A DNA stretch of 61,391 nt, the filler included, from Blastocystis sp. subtype 4 (lineage: Eukaryota), in the NCBI RefSeq assembly GCF_000743755.1. It is 6 parts of 6 records of this genome, joined end to end, with 100 filler letters (N's around TTAATTAATTAA, not from the genome) between each part and the next. Parts side by side here need not be neighbours in the genome. Positions count along the whole stretch, not along the records: positions 1 to 10,220 come from NW_014569215.1; positions 10,321 to 20,529 come from NW_014569214.1; 4 more parts are not named here. One strand, given 5' to 3'. Both the position numbers and the translations under genes were made by a program. Numbering within the stretch: position 1 is the stretch's first letter; each line of letters begins with the position of its first letter. Of this stretch, positions 1-12,637 are shown piece after piece. The notes beneath the pieces are model-generated. The model saw only the letters and a program-made list of their open reading frames with translations, did not search any database and was not told the origin of the DNA.

Positions 1-682
1 TGTCGCTATCGGAGCCTTGCTTCTTTCATTGATACAAAGCACCATATCTTTACTGCAAAGTGTGATTATTGTCGTATGCAGTCCTCTGTAAGGTCATCTT
101 CCTCACACCTGAAGAATACGACAGTCAATCTATCAGCTTGTATTCCCAAGAAATCCCTTTCTCCAGAAGCTCAGAGCTTCAACATAAAGATACCGTCACC
201 TATATCTTCAATCATTCCTCAAGCCAGGTGGGTCTGTGTTAGTTCTGGATCGCAACAGCCTTCCTATGGAGTTTATCCTGCACAGTATCTCTTTCATCGT
301 TGTTTTCATTGCCTCTATTGACCTAGTTACTGTCTTTTCTATGGATAGNAGAGGGTATTGATGGTGCTCTTTTGTTCTAGTGTATTCTATTGATATCCTC
401 TCTTAGTTGTCATTTGATGATTTGTGCTTTGTTTCATTGTGTCTTTTGATTACTTCTGAGTCTGACATACAGAACCTATCATCCACTACTCTTCTTGTGA
501 CTGTATCATATCTATCATACGAATTCTTTGTTATCAGAATCAATCTTAGCGTTCTCTTTCACTCAGTCCATTACCACTTGAAACCCAATAACTATCCTAT
601 CTCTAATAATTTCATGTAAGTTGAAGTAACTTCATTATCTCTTACAAACAATTCACCATACTAAGAAACAAAACATATATCT

Positions 683-3600
683 TTAGAATGCCTTCAGAAT
701 CGCCGTCGCACCACAATTACACTGACAATGTGATCCTGTATTGATACAACTGCAGCTAGTATCCCATTCAGTAGTAATAAACTCCATATTACAAATACTT
801 GCTGCAGTTGTGAAGCTTGTGAACCGCTCTGGTACAGCCAAGAAGAAAGATCCCCAGGCAGCTTGGAAGGTCGTAGCATCATATGTCAGATAGTAGGTTG
901 TATCTGCTTCCCAAGGTACTGGGTTCTCGATCAGACAACGAGTACCTGAACATACAGGCAAAAGTGAAGTTGATGGTGTGAGACAGTCCATACAACGCAC
1001 AGTCACAGACTTCTTAGCCTCTACATCACGATTGAAAGTGAGGACCAGAGGAGCATTGACAGCAACTGATTCTGCTCCATCTACTGGAGTGATGGATATC
1101 AACTCTAATCTCATTTGCTCCGGAGCTGACACGCGTGACACGAAACTCATGCTACACTCCTCGCCTTCACACACACACTCTCTGCCTTCACACACCATTG
1201 GATTCTGTACTGTATCTCCTAGAACTCGTGCTGGGAATCGAATGATACACTCGTGAAGATGAGGCAAGAGACCAGTATACACCAACAGATCTGTATAGCC
1301 CTTACGAGCCTCTGAGCCAACACGTATGATGAAAGGATGAGTAAGCGAATCGAATGATCGATGAACAGTCGCCTCATCATGATAAGAACACTCTAACTGA
1401 TATGTGAATGGTTCCAAAGCCATCAACTCTTCTGATACGGTCGCCACCAGCACCTTATCCTCCTCTAACTCAGCTACCAGAAGGACGGTAAGAACAGGAT
1501 CCATAGCATCAGATGATACAGTGAATTCAAATCGAGTATGATCCTCTCCACTTGGCATAGGTGTCTCTGACAGCAAATCTCGAGAATCCTCGGCATTCAT
1601 ACGTTGTACAGCATCCAACGATGTGAAACCCAGAGAACAGGAAGTTCCCGCAGGAAGACGAGTGAATGCCTCATCCTTTAACTGGACACGCAACTGATCA
1701 CGATTCACTCCCTCAATCATGGTCTCTTTCAGTCCATAGGTAACTGGCATGCCTCCACAGTGGATCCATATACTCGCCTCCTGACCCAGACGGATGGAAC
1801 CATCAAACTGGAAGAGGAAGGAAGGAATACGACCTTCAGGTGTGAGAGATGTGACTTCACGCACAATCAGAGGTGATTTGATCAAAGCAGTCGTGAAAAG
1901 ATCCAAATGAATTGCCGTACTGAGAGAATGACGAGCTATACAGGTCACTGCATAGTGAGTCCGAGGTGTCAGATTCACCAGATATACAGAATGGAGTTTA
2001 CTGTAAGCTGCACTAGAACTGGGTACAAACAAATCATCCAACAGACCAGCTGCAGTCTCCTGGAGCAACTGCTCAGGAGCGATTGGCTGTGTCGAGGCCA
2101 CGCAATAGACAGCATCAGGACTCGAGGTGATGACAGAGAGAACCGCAGAAGAACCTGTCACCGAACCCTCTACCAACTCCACCAATAGAGATTCCTCATG
2201 GAGTGGTTCAGTGGTTATTTCAATCATCTCCTCCATTCCTAGAGAAGGCACTCGCACAATCACAGTATAAGCTGTTTCAGGTTTCAGACCAGCAATCTCA
2301 CCCACCACATCAGATCCCTCACAGAGCAACTTCTGGGAAGCCACCTCTCTGTTCTCAAACAACACCACAGCAGTAGCACTCACACAATAAGGAGAGGTCA
2401 CATTCACAGTCAGATCCACACTTCCTGCCTCCACACTCACAGTCACATCTGAAGCCTGGATACTATGTATTTCAGACACATTGACATTGTTCCAGAAAGG
2501 CTGTTCAGGGATGGAGAGGGAAGAGGAAGCAGCTACACGACACTCCACAGGACCAGGAGCAAATGCAGTCACAGACACAATAGCTTCTAATGCAGTCACA
2601 AACTGAGAAGTCGAGAACTCCAGCTGATTCTGAGATTTGCACTGCACAATATAGGCACGCACAGGTGTAGCAAAGTTAGGTTCAGTCCAACGTAGATGCA
2701 ACACAGATGCTTCTTCCTCCTCAGCTGTCACAGTCATAGCACCATATGATGTTTCAGGAGTGATCACAGAAACCGTGATCGAAGCAGACTCACCCCGAGA
2801 CTGACCAAGAGTGAAGGAGCAAGTGACAGGGAGATCAGAACCAGCCTTAGCAACAGTCGTGAAGCGTGTTGCCTCCAGACTAGTAAATCCTTCCACAGAC
2901 TCACCATTGCATATCACATCCAGATTGTGGGCGAAGTCACGGAAAGCCACAGGTACGCCTACTTTCACTGTCACCTTCACACCATTCTCCTCCACTACCT
3001 GCGACTCCAATGAGAGGATCGGAGCCATACTCTTGACTCGTACACTCTCATCTGTTAGGATATCATTGAAGTCATAAGGCACCTCCATATCAGGTGAACT
3101 CAAACCATAAGCATTCTCAGCTCGAAGAAGGAGACTTACACTTCCAGGGAGGTAAGCAAAAGGTCCAAAAGAGAAGGTATTCGCATCTACACGCACCTCA
3201 GGAAGCACAGGAGGTTGGAAGGCAAGATAATAGGCTATTACAGGGTAGGGATCATCCACAATCTGAGGAGCCTCGAAATCAACAGTGAAGGTGTCACTAC
3301 CAGGCACCACCTTCACATTTGAAGGAGCACTCGGAGGTATAGGAGCTGTCATGAAGGTCACTTCCAGAGGCGTCTCAGGAACAGTTGCATTGTTCAATGC
3401 ATGCCAGCTAGGAGGGAAAATCATCTTGTACTTTCCATAACGCAGATAATTTGACAAATCATGAACATTTCCAGATGCAGGAACAAAATCAGCAAATATG
3501 CCTCCGTTTCTATGTCGTCCGATCATGGAAGTCTTTGTGATATTCACACGCAAATGATATTGCTCTTCCTTGTTATCCACAGACACCACCGTCACATCCG

Positions 3601-6600
3601 AGGCATCATAAGGAGCCTTGATTGCCAAAGAGGAGAAAAGAGCAGCAGAAGGAGTACGAGAAACATGAGTCATATCTTGATAAGGAATAGTCCTGATTGT
3701 AGGAATAATGGGAATACAACTAGCAGGGATATCTGCCGTATCCCAGGTTCCATCAAACTGACAAGTACGTGTCCAGGTACCATTATAGTACTCTGGACAG
3801 TTTATAGTCCTATTCGAATAAGCCTTTGTTGCTAACCAGTCACCCTCTGCAGGACATTCATTTAACTCACATTCATTTATCACTTCTGAAGCCCAGTTAC
3901 CCTTAATATCACACACAAGACGAAGACCTCCGCGATATCCTTCAGGACACTTTTCACTAAATGTAGTGTTGGCAAGAGTCATACCGAAAGTGAGATTCAT
4001 CAACTTGATACCATCGACAATGTGATGGAACTCGTAATTCTCAATTTTCCTTTCTGTACACACGAGAGGTCTACAATCAGAGGTATCATATGGACTCCAC
4101 AAGGCTCCAGGTCCACATGTACGTGTCTTGTTTCCATGGAAGCCAGGATCACAAAATTCGGTTTCCATATCACCCACATTCACCAACTTATTGTTAAGTC
4201 CAATACAAGCCAAACGAATACACGTCGATTCCTTTAACTCTAGTTTCGATTGACCAGTTGTTTCATTGTACACACATTGATAAGTCATACTTCCATCCAT
4301 ATTCGTATAACAAGCCACATCCAGACTGTCGCCCACCTTTACATATTCCACAGTTCCATTTCCATGACTGTAGATACAATCCTTCTTACATTCGGAATCA
4401 TCAATTGGTCCCCACTGGTGGCCATAACACTCACGATATCGCTTGCCTTGACTGTGGTTGATACACTCCGCTTCTGCTTTCTCACCAATCCCCCTGCTCG
4501 ACCACACATCTTCTGCTGTGCATCGACATGCCGTAGCATCGATTGCCTCCCAATGTCCAGTGGTCACATTACATCTTCGGCTGACCGACACACCATTCAT
4601 ACACATAAACTCTGGCGATTGTTCTCCCACAGGAGTACGACGCCAGGAAATACCATACTCATACCTAGCTTCACAGTAGCAAGAGGAGGGATCCGTTTCG
4701 AAGTGTCCATCTTGACAGGAGTAAATGATCGAACCCTCATCACATATCTCGGATCTGGAATTACCTACCTCTGCCTCATAACCATCTTGAGAACATCTGC
4801 ATGCACTATAATCTGCGGGCTGCCAATGACCGTCTTCTGAACACTGACGTGAACTGAATCCCCTGTCACAGGGCAGACGAACATTGGATCCTGGATTCGT
4901 TTGGGCCCACACACCCTCTTCACGGCAGAAACAGTTGCGATCATCCACTTCCTCCCATGCACCATCCAGACCACAGATTCGTGTAGCAGTTCCTTCAGAG
5001 CAGCTGGCAGAGGCCAGTGATCCAGCCGATGTGGTCCGGAACCGTCCATCTGCTTCACACTTACACGTTGAGAGATCCACAGGATCGAAGTAACCTGATT
5101 CTGCATTGCAGGTGAATACACGCTCACCCACTGAACATGGTAAGTCGTAACTAGATCCAGGTGGAAGCAGAGCATCATTTTCCTCTTCAGTGCTATACAC
5201 ACAGTAACAGTTATCAGTGTTCACAGGTCCCCACATTCCATTTACATGACACCAACGAGACCTCTCACCCTCCATACAGCCAATTGTTACCAAAGTGGGA
5301 CGCGAACCCACAGGCACCTTATACCACGAATCAACTGTGGGACACCACTTAGAAGGACAATCATCCTGGTTCAAATCACCCCACTGACCATCAGATCCAC
5401 AAAACCGAAATTGAACGTGATCAGGATCAGGCACACCATCCGCATCAAAGCAAGTCGCATTGGCTAATGTATTCACGGGAGTAGCTTCGAAACCATCCAA
5501 AGCCTCACACATACACTCCGAATCATCTGGCGATTCCCATGAACCCCACTCATTACAAATACGTGTAATCTCACCAACAGGACATGCTTTCATGGCAACC
5601 TGCCCACTAAATGTCAACGGCCATCCACTCTGAGGACTACAATAACAAGCAGAACGATCATATATCTCCGTCCACTGACCATCCTCACCACACTTACGAC
5701 GAATGTATCCATTTCCACATCCAGCAACACCATATTCACCTGCCACAGTCTCGCTCCAGATTCCATCAATTGGACAACGACAACGGAAGTCCTCTACCTC
5801 ACTCCATTGTCCCTTGTCGTTACATTTACGACGGAGACGGCCTCCATTTCCACATACTACCTCAGATACTGTGTTTAATTGAGCTTGATCCCAAATTCCA
5901 TCCGCTTTACAAGCACAATCATTCTGCAAATATTCCCAATGACCCATCTCATTACACACCAGAACCTTAGCTCCATACGAACAGGTCCTATTGAGGATAC
6001 CTCCAACCATATCTTCGCTCCAACCTGGTGATGTTGTACATTCTAGTTCTCATCTCCTCGATTCATTCCTACTGCACAAACCTTCATATGTCACACTACT
6101 CCAACTGCCATCATCCTTACAAAAACGAGACACAACAACTCCATTATCGCATTGGTTATCACGATTCGTCGAGTTGTAAGGAGTAGCAGGGAAATCATCA
6201 ATTGCAGGGCACTTGCATTGTGAGTAATTTACTTCACCCCACACACCATACTCACCACAGGAACGAGACTCGGACGTACCAGCCGACTCCGCACCACAAC
6301 GACGTATCTGTGTCGTGTTCTCAGGAGTAGCAGCCCAACCATCCTCTGCAGGACAAGCTGAGTATCAGTTCTATCCACAACACTTACAGCAATTGTCTTC
6401 AATTTGAACCCACTTTCCAGAATAATCACAAAACATTCCACGAGTGCCTTCTCCTTTACAAAAGTTGACTAAGCTACCGCGAGGAGTATCAGGAATTGTA
6501 TCTATTCCCTTACACTCTATCAATTACATTCCCTTCCAATACAAACTAGAGGCTGTTGAACCATCATAGTCACCCCACCCAGAACCTTTGCAGAAACGCT

Positions 6601-6959
6601 TCAAAGTACCTGTAGAAGTAGTAATAGTTTCCGTCTTGTTGACCTTTACTCCCCACCAACGGAACCCATACTCATCTTTCTCATACTTACAACCTAGTTA
6701 TCAATGTATTGAAAATACAAAGTACGGCATTCCTCCATAATTTTCCATGTTCCATAATAGCAAGTATAGTAAATCTTGCCATACAGGTTGTTATGACAAT
6801 CAAACGTCTCCTGTTGCATGAACGTTCCATAAGGAAGCGGAGGGTCCTCCACTTGAGGGCACGTCAACTCCAAATCATGAGCAGACACTAGACTAATCAC
6901 AGCAACCTAGGAGTTACTAGATCAACCAAAGTACCAACAAAAGTGAATAATCCAAGCAT
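683..6959 (-). CDS. Large secreted cysteine-rich repeat protein (about 2000 aa) with FN3-like and Ig-like (Big_5-like) C-terminal domains; short 5' introns
   Basis: 1775-aa ORF 683..6010 plus upstream exons. Splicing a 32-nt intron gives the signal peptide MLGLFTFVAVISLVSA. Many repeats of C-x-C...W...C-x2-G...R-x-C-x3-G-x-W; FN3-like PPSAPSNVKV; SITPVDGAESVAVNAPLVLTFN near the C-terminus. Confidence 0.8.
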
Positions 6960-7090
6960 TCCAAATAGAATTCTGTCACAAGATGTATGGGATTTGTAAT
7001 AATAAGGAGTCGTCAGTATGATTCAATTCCCGTGATTATCATTCTACCCCTCGAAGAACTTGTACTTTTGTCTCCACAAGAAACAATATA

Positions 7091-8600
7091 TTAATCCACA
7101 GAACCAATACTTTCTCTGTCACTGACAGTGTTCACATCTGAGGAAACAACAATCTCCTCAATGATTGGTCCATTGTCTTGGTGATGCCGGCGGTTCTCAT
7201 TTTCACGCGTATACGTTTCCAAAGACTCCAGGAGTGTCATCTGTAGGAGAAGTATGTCTGCATACAATGCTGCGTTTCCATTATTCCTCTCAGGAAGGAT
7301 GCCAACAGGATCTGGAGCAGCATGCCGGGGAGGTATATAATCATTATCATCAGAAGATGGAGTTAAAAACTGAGGATGGTCAAAATCCAAGTTATGAAGC
7401 ACTGTACCAGGCGGAGGAGGTATAGGATCTACATAAACCTCATTCACATCATCACTATGACTATTCTGGTCGCTGATATAGCCTGTACTACTGACGTTAC
7501 TTGTATCACTGTTATCACTGTCAGAGGAAGTAGTAAACACAGATGAATCGGATGACTCCATAATAGGCGTATTCCCTCGATTCTTCAATACAGCTTCCAA
7601 TGATTGATAAAAGATATAATCAGATTGTCGTGAATAATCCCCTTCACTTCCAGTAAGAGTCTCAAACTGTGTTGCAATCTCTTCTTCAGTTACCTTACTT
7701 TCATTCAATATAACATAATGAGAGAACTTCTTCTCCATAGTTCGATCATTATAAAGATCGATAGAATACTTACTGAATGCACCAAAGATCCAACACAATG
7801 GAATCTATGTCTCATCTTCCTATTTCATATCTACAAAATACAAATAGAGAGGAATATCAACAACCCAGTTTGGCATCACATAATAGACATAATGAATATA
7901 ATGAAGAAGAAGATATAGCACAAGGGGCAACATACAACCAACATAAACGATTCCCTAAATAACAGAAATGATTAAAGGAGTACCAGTACATAGGATTCCC
8001 GAATATCAGACCATTCAGATAGAATGAAGAGAATCATTGCTATCCAGATAGGCCAGAACTGTAGAAGTGAAGGACTTTGATAATAGAACATAAAACAGAA
8101 GAACAGAAACAAGAGACAACCATTAATAACCGAAACGAATGTGTTCCATGATGTATAGACTGCATTCATAGTCTTGTATACAGAGAGACGGGTTGTTTGT
8201 TTCCGTACCTTTGCTCGCCGATATGTCCGTTGAAGAATCCACCAGTTCACTTGCATGGTAAGCATAATGATTCCTATACATCCAATAGCAATGGAACAAA
8301 AGAGAGATGGAAGAAGGAACCCAATTGCACAGAGATACCAGATTCCTGCTAAAAACCAAACCAAAAGGAGAAGAAGAATCACATCCTTTTGGATGAGTGG
8401 ACAATCGCGAATCATAATCGGAAGTATCAGGTTCATACCTACTCGATACGAAAACACATCGCTAGAGGTGAAAGAGAAATGAAGTGAAGTACTATTTGAG
8501 AGAAGTACAATGAGCGATGATCAGGATAATGAGAACTAGTAATGATAAGGAAATAAGGAAACCGAGAAGCCAAACTGGAGAAAACAAACTTTCAGGACCA
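7091..8600 (-). CDS. Multi-pass membrane protein with acidic/Ser-rich C-terminal tail, function unknown; 5' end approximate
   Basis: Hydrophobic ORF 7972..8457 and ORF 7091..7798 on the same strand, separated by intron-sized gaps. Confidence 0.55.
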
Positions 8601-8850
8601 CTCTAGTTATCAGGTAAATAAAGAAAATAAACTTTCCTATCTTTCCACCAATGGAAAATACTAATGTTAAGGACAAAGAAAATACATTGAATGGTTAAAA
8701 GTAACGATGATAAGTACATTAATACTTTCATAACATGCCGTGCTCTGATCTACTTATGATGCAAAACAACAAAGATAACAAATAATGGTTTGTATTTCTT
8801 TAATACGCTCCGAAAGTATGTAGCATTGCGTTTCTGTTTGTTGTAAGTAT

Positions 8851-9227
8851 TCAATCTACAGTCCATCTTAAATCCAATTTATACTGCACTTCCAATCCAT
8901 TCCCTTCAGATGACTGTTTCTTGGACTTGTAATTACCTAGAATGACTAACTGAACCTCATCACTACAAGGATAAAACAAAGTTGATACTGCCTCTCTCCA
9001 GTCCACAGATTTATCAAACATAATATACATTTCTTTATCGCACATCGAAAGATTAACAATGTCCGGAGCCTAATCTTAATACACCATACTGCTAATACGT
9101 CAATAAATGCAACAATACGACTCAAATAGAATGCATTGTGAAGCGTCGACGATAAATGACTTGACTCTTCAGTTCCCTCCATGTTATTCATTTCGATTGC
9201 CGTGGGGCCATTGGATAATTGGTCCAT
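8851..9227 (-). CDS. Small hypothetical protein, probably spliced
   Basis: Overlapping short ORFs 8946..9227 and 8851..9045 with GT-AG segments; no recognisable motif. Confidence 0.3.
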
Positions 9228-9377
9228 AATCGAGTCAGAATAAAAAGGGTATGAAGACAGTTAAAAAACTGGAATTGCTCAGATATCTTGTAATGTTGCA
9301 ATTCCAGTAATTCATCGATATTTGAAGTCTTTTTCGATTTGTATGTCAAGTATTATCGCCTATCGGACTCGTCGAAT

Positions 9378-10095
9378 ATGTCAGATGTAGATATTTCGAT
9401 GGAAGGAGATTATTACGTCTAGGAAACCGCTTCGTCATCGTCCACTGAGAAGGATGACTCGAAGAAGAAATCGTTTGCTTGCTGTATTTGTATGGAAATT
9501 CCTTCAGACCCTGTCTTGACTCCATGCGGGCATTTGTATTGGTAGTCATTATGAATTCTGATGACACATAGCTGGAGTTGTCTCGAAAATGTTGTTGAAT
9601 GTTACAGGGTTTATATGTAGTGGTTAGATATGAATCATGATGATTGTCCTGTGTGTAGAGGAAAAGTGACGAGAGAGAAAGTGACTCCAATCTATGGAGC
9701 CGGAGAAGAGGAGAAGGATCCACGAAAGGAAGAAAGAAAACATGAACGACCGAAAGCCCATTATGAAGAGTCGGATCATTCAGTAGGAGAGTTATGTTTC
9801 TATGAAGGATAGAGAAATGCCCGCAATCCTTTTAGCTTTTTTTCGACAGCGGCATTTGGTCTTCCCGGTTTTGTTAGTTTCGGTTTCAATAACGGTTCAT
9901 TCATGATAGGAAATGGTTCTCTTGTGTTTTTGTTAATATCGTTAATCAACTATGTTGTAAGGAGAGTTCGTTCTTTCCTGTCCAGTGACAATGAATCGTC
10001 TGAAGAGTCGTCTGAACCTGAACTGCAAGAATCAGGTGCTTTTTGGGTGATCATTGCTGTTATTATTCTTCTAGTAATTGGTCTGTCATGGTATT
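9378..10095 (+). CDS. RNF5/RNF185/RMA1-like C3HC4 RING E3 ligase, tail-anchored; stop completed by polyadenylation
   Basis: Spliced FACCICMEIPSDPVLTPCGHLYC-W...CPVCRGKVTREKVTPIYG...DPR; C-terminal TM segments; ends TGG TAT T|CAGT TGTTTGTT. Confidence 0.85.
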
Positions 10096-10118
10096 CAGTT
10101 GTTTGTTTCAAACATTGG

Positions 10119-10220
10119 AGACAACCATCACCACTATTCATATGAGTTCTAAGCAGACACACCTCCTCCACACACAAGACGGCGAATGGCAAGTTGCTTT
10201 CTGGTCATACGATACTGCAC
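10119..10220 (-). CDS. 3' fragment of an unidentified gene, cut by the gap
   Basis: Reads VQYRMTRKQLAIRRLVCGG-(intron)-VVMVV, then T|CCAA TGTTTGAA. Confidence 0.35.
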
Positions 10221-10320
10221 NNNNNNNNNNNNNNNNNNNNNNNNNNNNNNNNNNNNNNNNNNNNTTAATTAATTAANNNNNNNNNNNNNNNNNNNNNNNN
10301 NNNNNNNNNNNNNNNNNNNN
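10221..10320. other. Artificial 100-nt assembly spacer (N44-TTAATTAATTAA-N44)
   Basis: Same spacer recurs at 20530-20629, 30772-30871, 40995-41094 and 51206-51305; TTAATTAATTAA places stops in all six frames. Confidence 0.97.
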
Positions 10321-10585
10321 CTGCAAGGCTCTGGCTCCCACCTATGTAGAGTTGGCTGAAGCCTATAAGGATGATCCTGATGTGATCATTGCTGAGATGG
10401 ATGCTACTGCTAACGAGGTGGAGGATATCAACATTCGTGGCTTCCCTACTCTGAAGTTCTTCAAGGCTGGAGGTGAGGGAAAGAGTGTTATTGACTTTGA
10501 GGGAGATAGAACCCTCGATTCTTTGAAGGCATTCGTAGAAAAGAACCGTATTGTGGTTGAGCACTCCGAGGAAGAGGAACTGTAA
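10321..10585 (+). CDS. PDI: Protein disulfide isomerase, C-terminal thioredoxin domain (5' truncated)
   Basis: CKALAPTY...IIAEMDATANEV...IRGFPTLKFF...FEGDRTL; ends EEEEL (ER-retention-like). Confidence 0.92.
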
Positions 10586-10822
10586 CCAATTGGTGGGTAA
10601 ATACAGTGTATTGTGTTTGTTTCATCTATTCTTGTACTGTTTTAAAATCCTGAGTCATCTAAGTCTTGGAGAATCCATCTGTGCTTGTGAATAGTACGAA
10701 TCCTCTTTTGGTGTCGTTGTTGTTCCAGTGAAGATGGAACAATCTGATTGGCTGACTCTCCTTTTACGTTTTTAGTTCATTTCTTTTTATTTGCAATGAG
10801 TGATAGTAATTTACCAATTAAA

Positions 10823-12519
10823 ATGTCGTCAGGAAGACGACTGATCATTACAAACGTTACAGACAATGCATCGTTTTCGGCACGTCGTCTCAGCTTCAAT
10901 GCAAAAGAGCTTCGTGTATAACAGTGCTTCGGAGATATGATATTATAGTTTATATCTGAAGAACTGGCGAAGTGGCTAAGTGAAATGTATGGAGAAGAGG
11001 TGGACCCAGATCTTCCCAATTCTCTAATCAGTGGAGTTGTAAGTTCTTTGGTTCTGGATAAAAGATAGGTTTTGTTGACCATTGTTGAAAAGTATTTGCC
11101 AAATCTGAAAACGGTTGGTAAATGGCATCGAAATGCTGGTGGGTTGTGTTGTAGTGTGATTATTTCTTAGCTCCCATGAGTTTTCAAGCTAGAGATAATA
11201 TTCGCGCTTTTGCAAATGCTTGTGTCGAACTGGGTATGCGCCGAGCTGATGTTTGTAACTACAGTAACTTTGAGAAAGGAGATCTAAAACAAATCACAGC
11301 TACTCTTTGTGCCTTCGCCAAGTTGGGTATTCCAAAGGGTTTGAACAAGGTGTCAGAAAATCTGGAACAATACATTGAGAATGGTAGGATTGAGACAAGT
11401 GGATTATTTCTAGCTTACAGTGATAGGCTAATTGGTATGGATGCTGTGGAAGAGGAAGAAGAGATTAAACTAACAGACCAGGAAATTGCTGAATTGGAGC
11501 GAAAAAGAGAAGAGGAAGAGAAGAAGCGACAAGAAGAGGAGAGGCAACGAGAAGAAGAGGAGCGGAAGAGACAAGAAGAAGAAGAACGACAGAGACAAGA
11601 AGAAGAAGAACGACAGAGACAAGAAGAGGAGCGGAAGAGGCAAGAAGAAGAACGAATCCGTGCAATTGAAGCTAGCTTGGCTGATGACTTTGAAGAAGGA
11701 AAGAAAGTGTTCAATGAACATTATCACAATGCAGTCAATGTGATATGCAGCGATCTTGTGGATGTGGATGTACTCTCTGTGACCTCATCTTCGTCCTCAT
11801 CATCTAGTGAGCAAGAGTCTGCTAAACTGAAAACAACAGAATCGAAGCCTCGTACTGCTATGGAGATTCAGGAGATGATATCAAGTGCCAGTAATGAATT
11901 GGATAGTGCTTTGAATGTGTTGGATCAACTTCAGGCCAAGCGCGAAGCAGCATTGCAGGAAGGAGCGAATGTGAGTAATGTGGACAAAACCATCGAAGAG
12001 TTACTGGCGAAGACTCATGAGTTGGAGAATATGATCTCCAAGGAGGAGGAGGTGTATGCTCGTGTTGCTATGGAAGAGAGGTTGAGGGAGGAGGAGGAAG
12101 AGAGATTGCGACGTGAGGCTGAGGAAGAGGCGGAACGCAAACGCTTGGAGGAGGAAGAAGCTGAACGAAAACGCTTGGAGGAGGAGGAAGCTGAGCGAAA
12201 ACGCCAAGAGGAAATTGAGCAGAAACGTATTATGGAGGCAGAGCGACTGCGTGAAGAAGCTGAACGAAAACGATTGGAAGAGGAGGAAGCTGAGCGAAAA
12301 CGTCAGGAGGAAGAAGCCGAGAAGAAAAGACAAGAAGAGGAAGCTGAGAAGAAGCGTCAGGAAGAGGAAGAGGCTGAACGGGTACGTCTCGAGTTAGAGA
12401 AGCAGCATCAAGAAGAAGAAGAACGAATCCGACGTGAGGAAGAGGAGGCAGCTAAGAAGTGCAAAGGGTGTCGCAATAGAAGATCGAAGGATGCTAGTAT
12501 TGACGATGACGATGAATAA
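10823..12519 (+). CDS. Calponin-homology (CH) domain protein with long E/R/K-rich helical tail
   Basis: Spliced ELAKWLSEMY...LISGVVLL...SFQARDNIRAFANACVELG (CH domain), then EEEERKRQEEE repeats. Confidence 0.8.
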
Positions 12520-12637
12520 AGAATGTCCCATTTTATAGTTGATATTGTGTTACTATAGATTTGGTTGTTTGTTGAAAACACAATTGTTTTTCTCCGTGGG
12601 CATAGTTGCGCAGATGGTCACGGACTCTAATCAAAGT

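Noticed and set aside
1..330. Probable 3' part of a spliced gene at the window start (CDYC motif)
   Set aside because: Frame and product could not be resolved.
8701..8753. Possible C/D box snoRNA (ACGATGA...CTGA with short terminal pairing)
   Set aside because: Imperfect C box, too short, and I could not identify an rRNA target.
10265..10276. TTAATTAATTAA palindrome repeated about every 10 kb
   Set aside because: Embedded in N runs; an artificial six-frame-stop linker.
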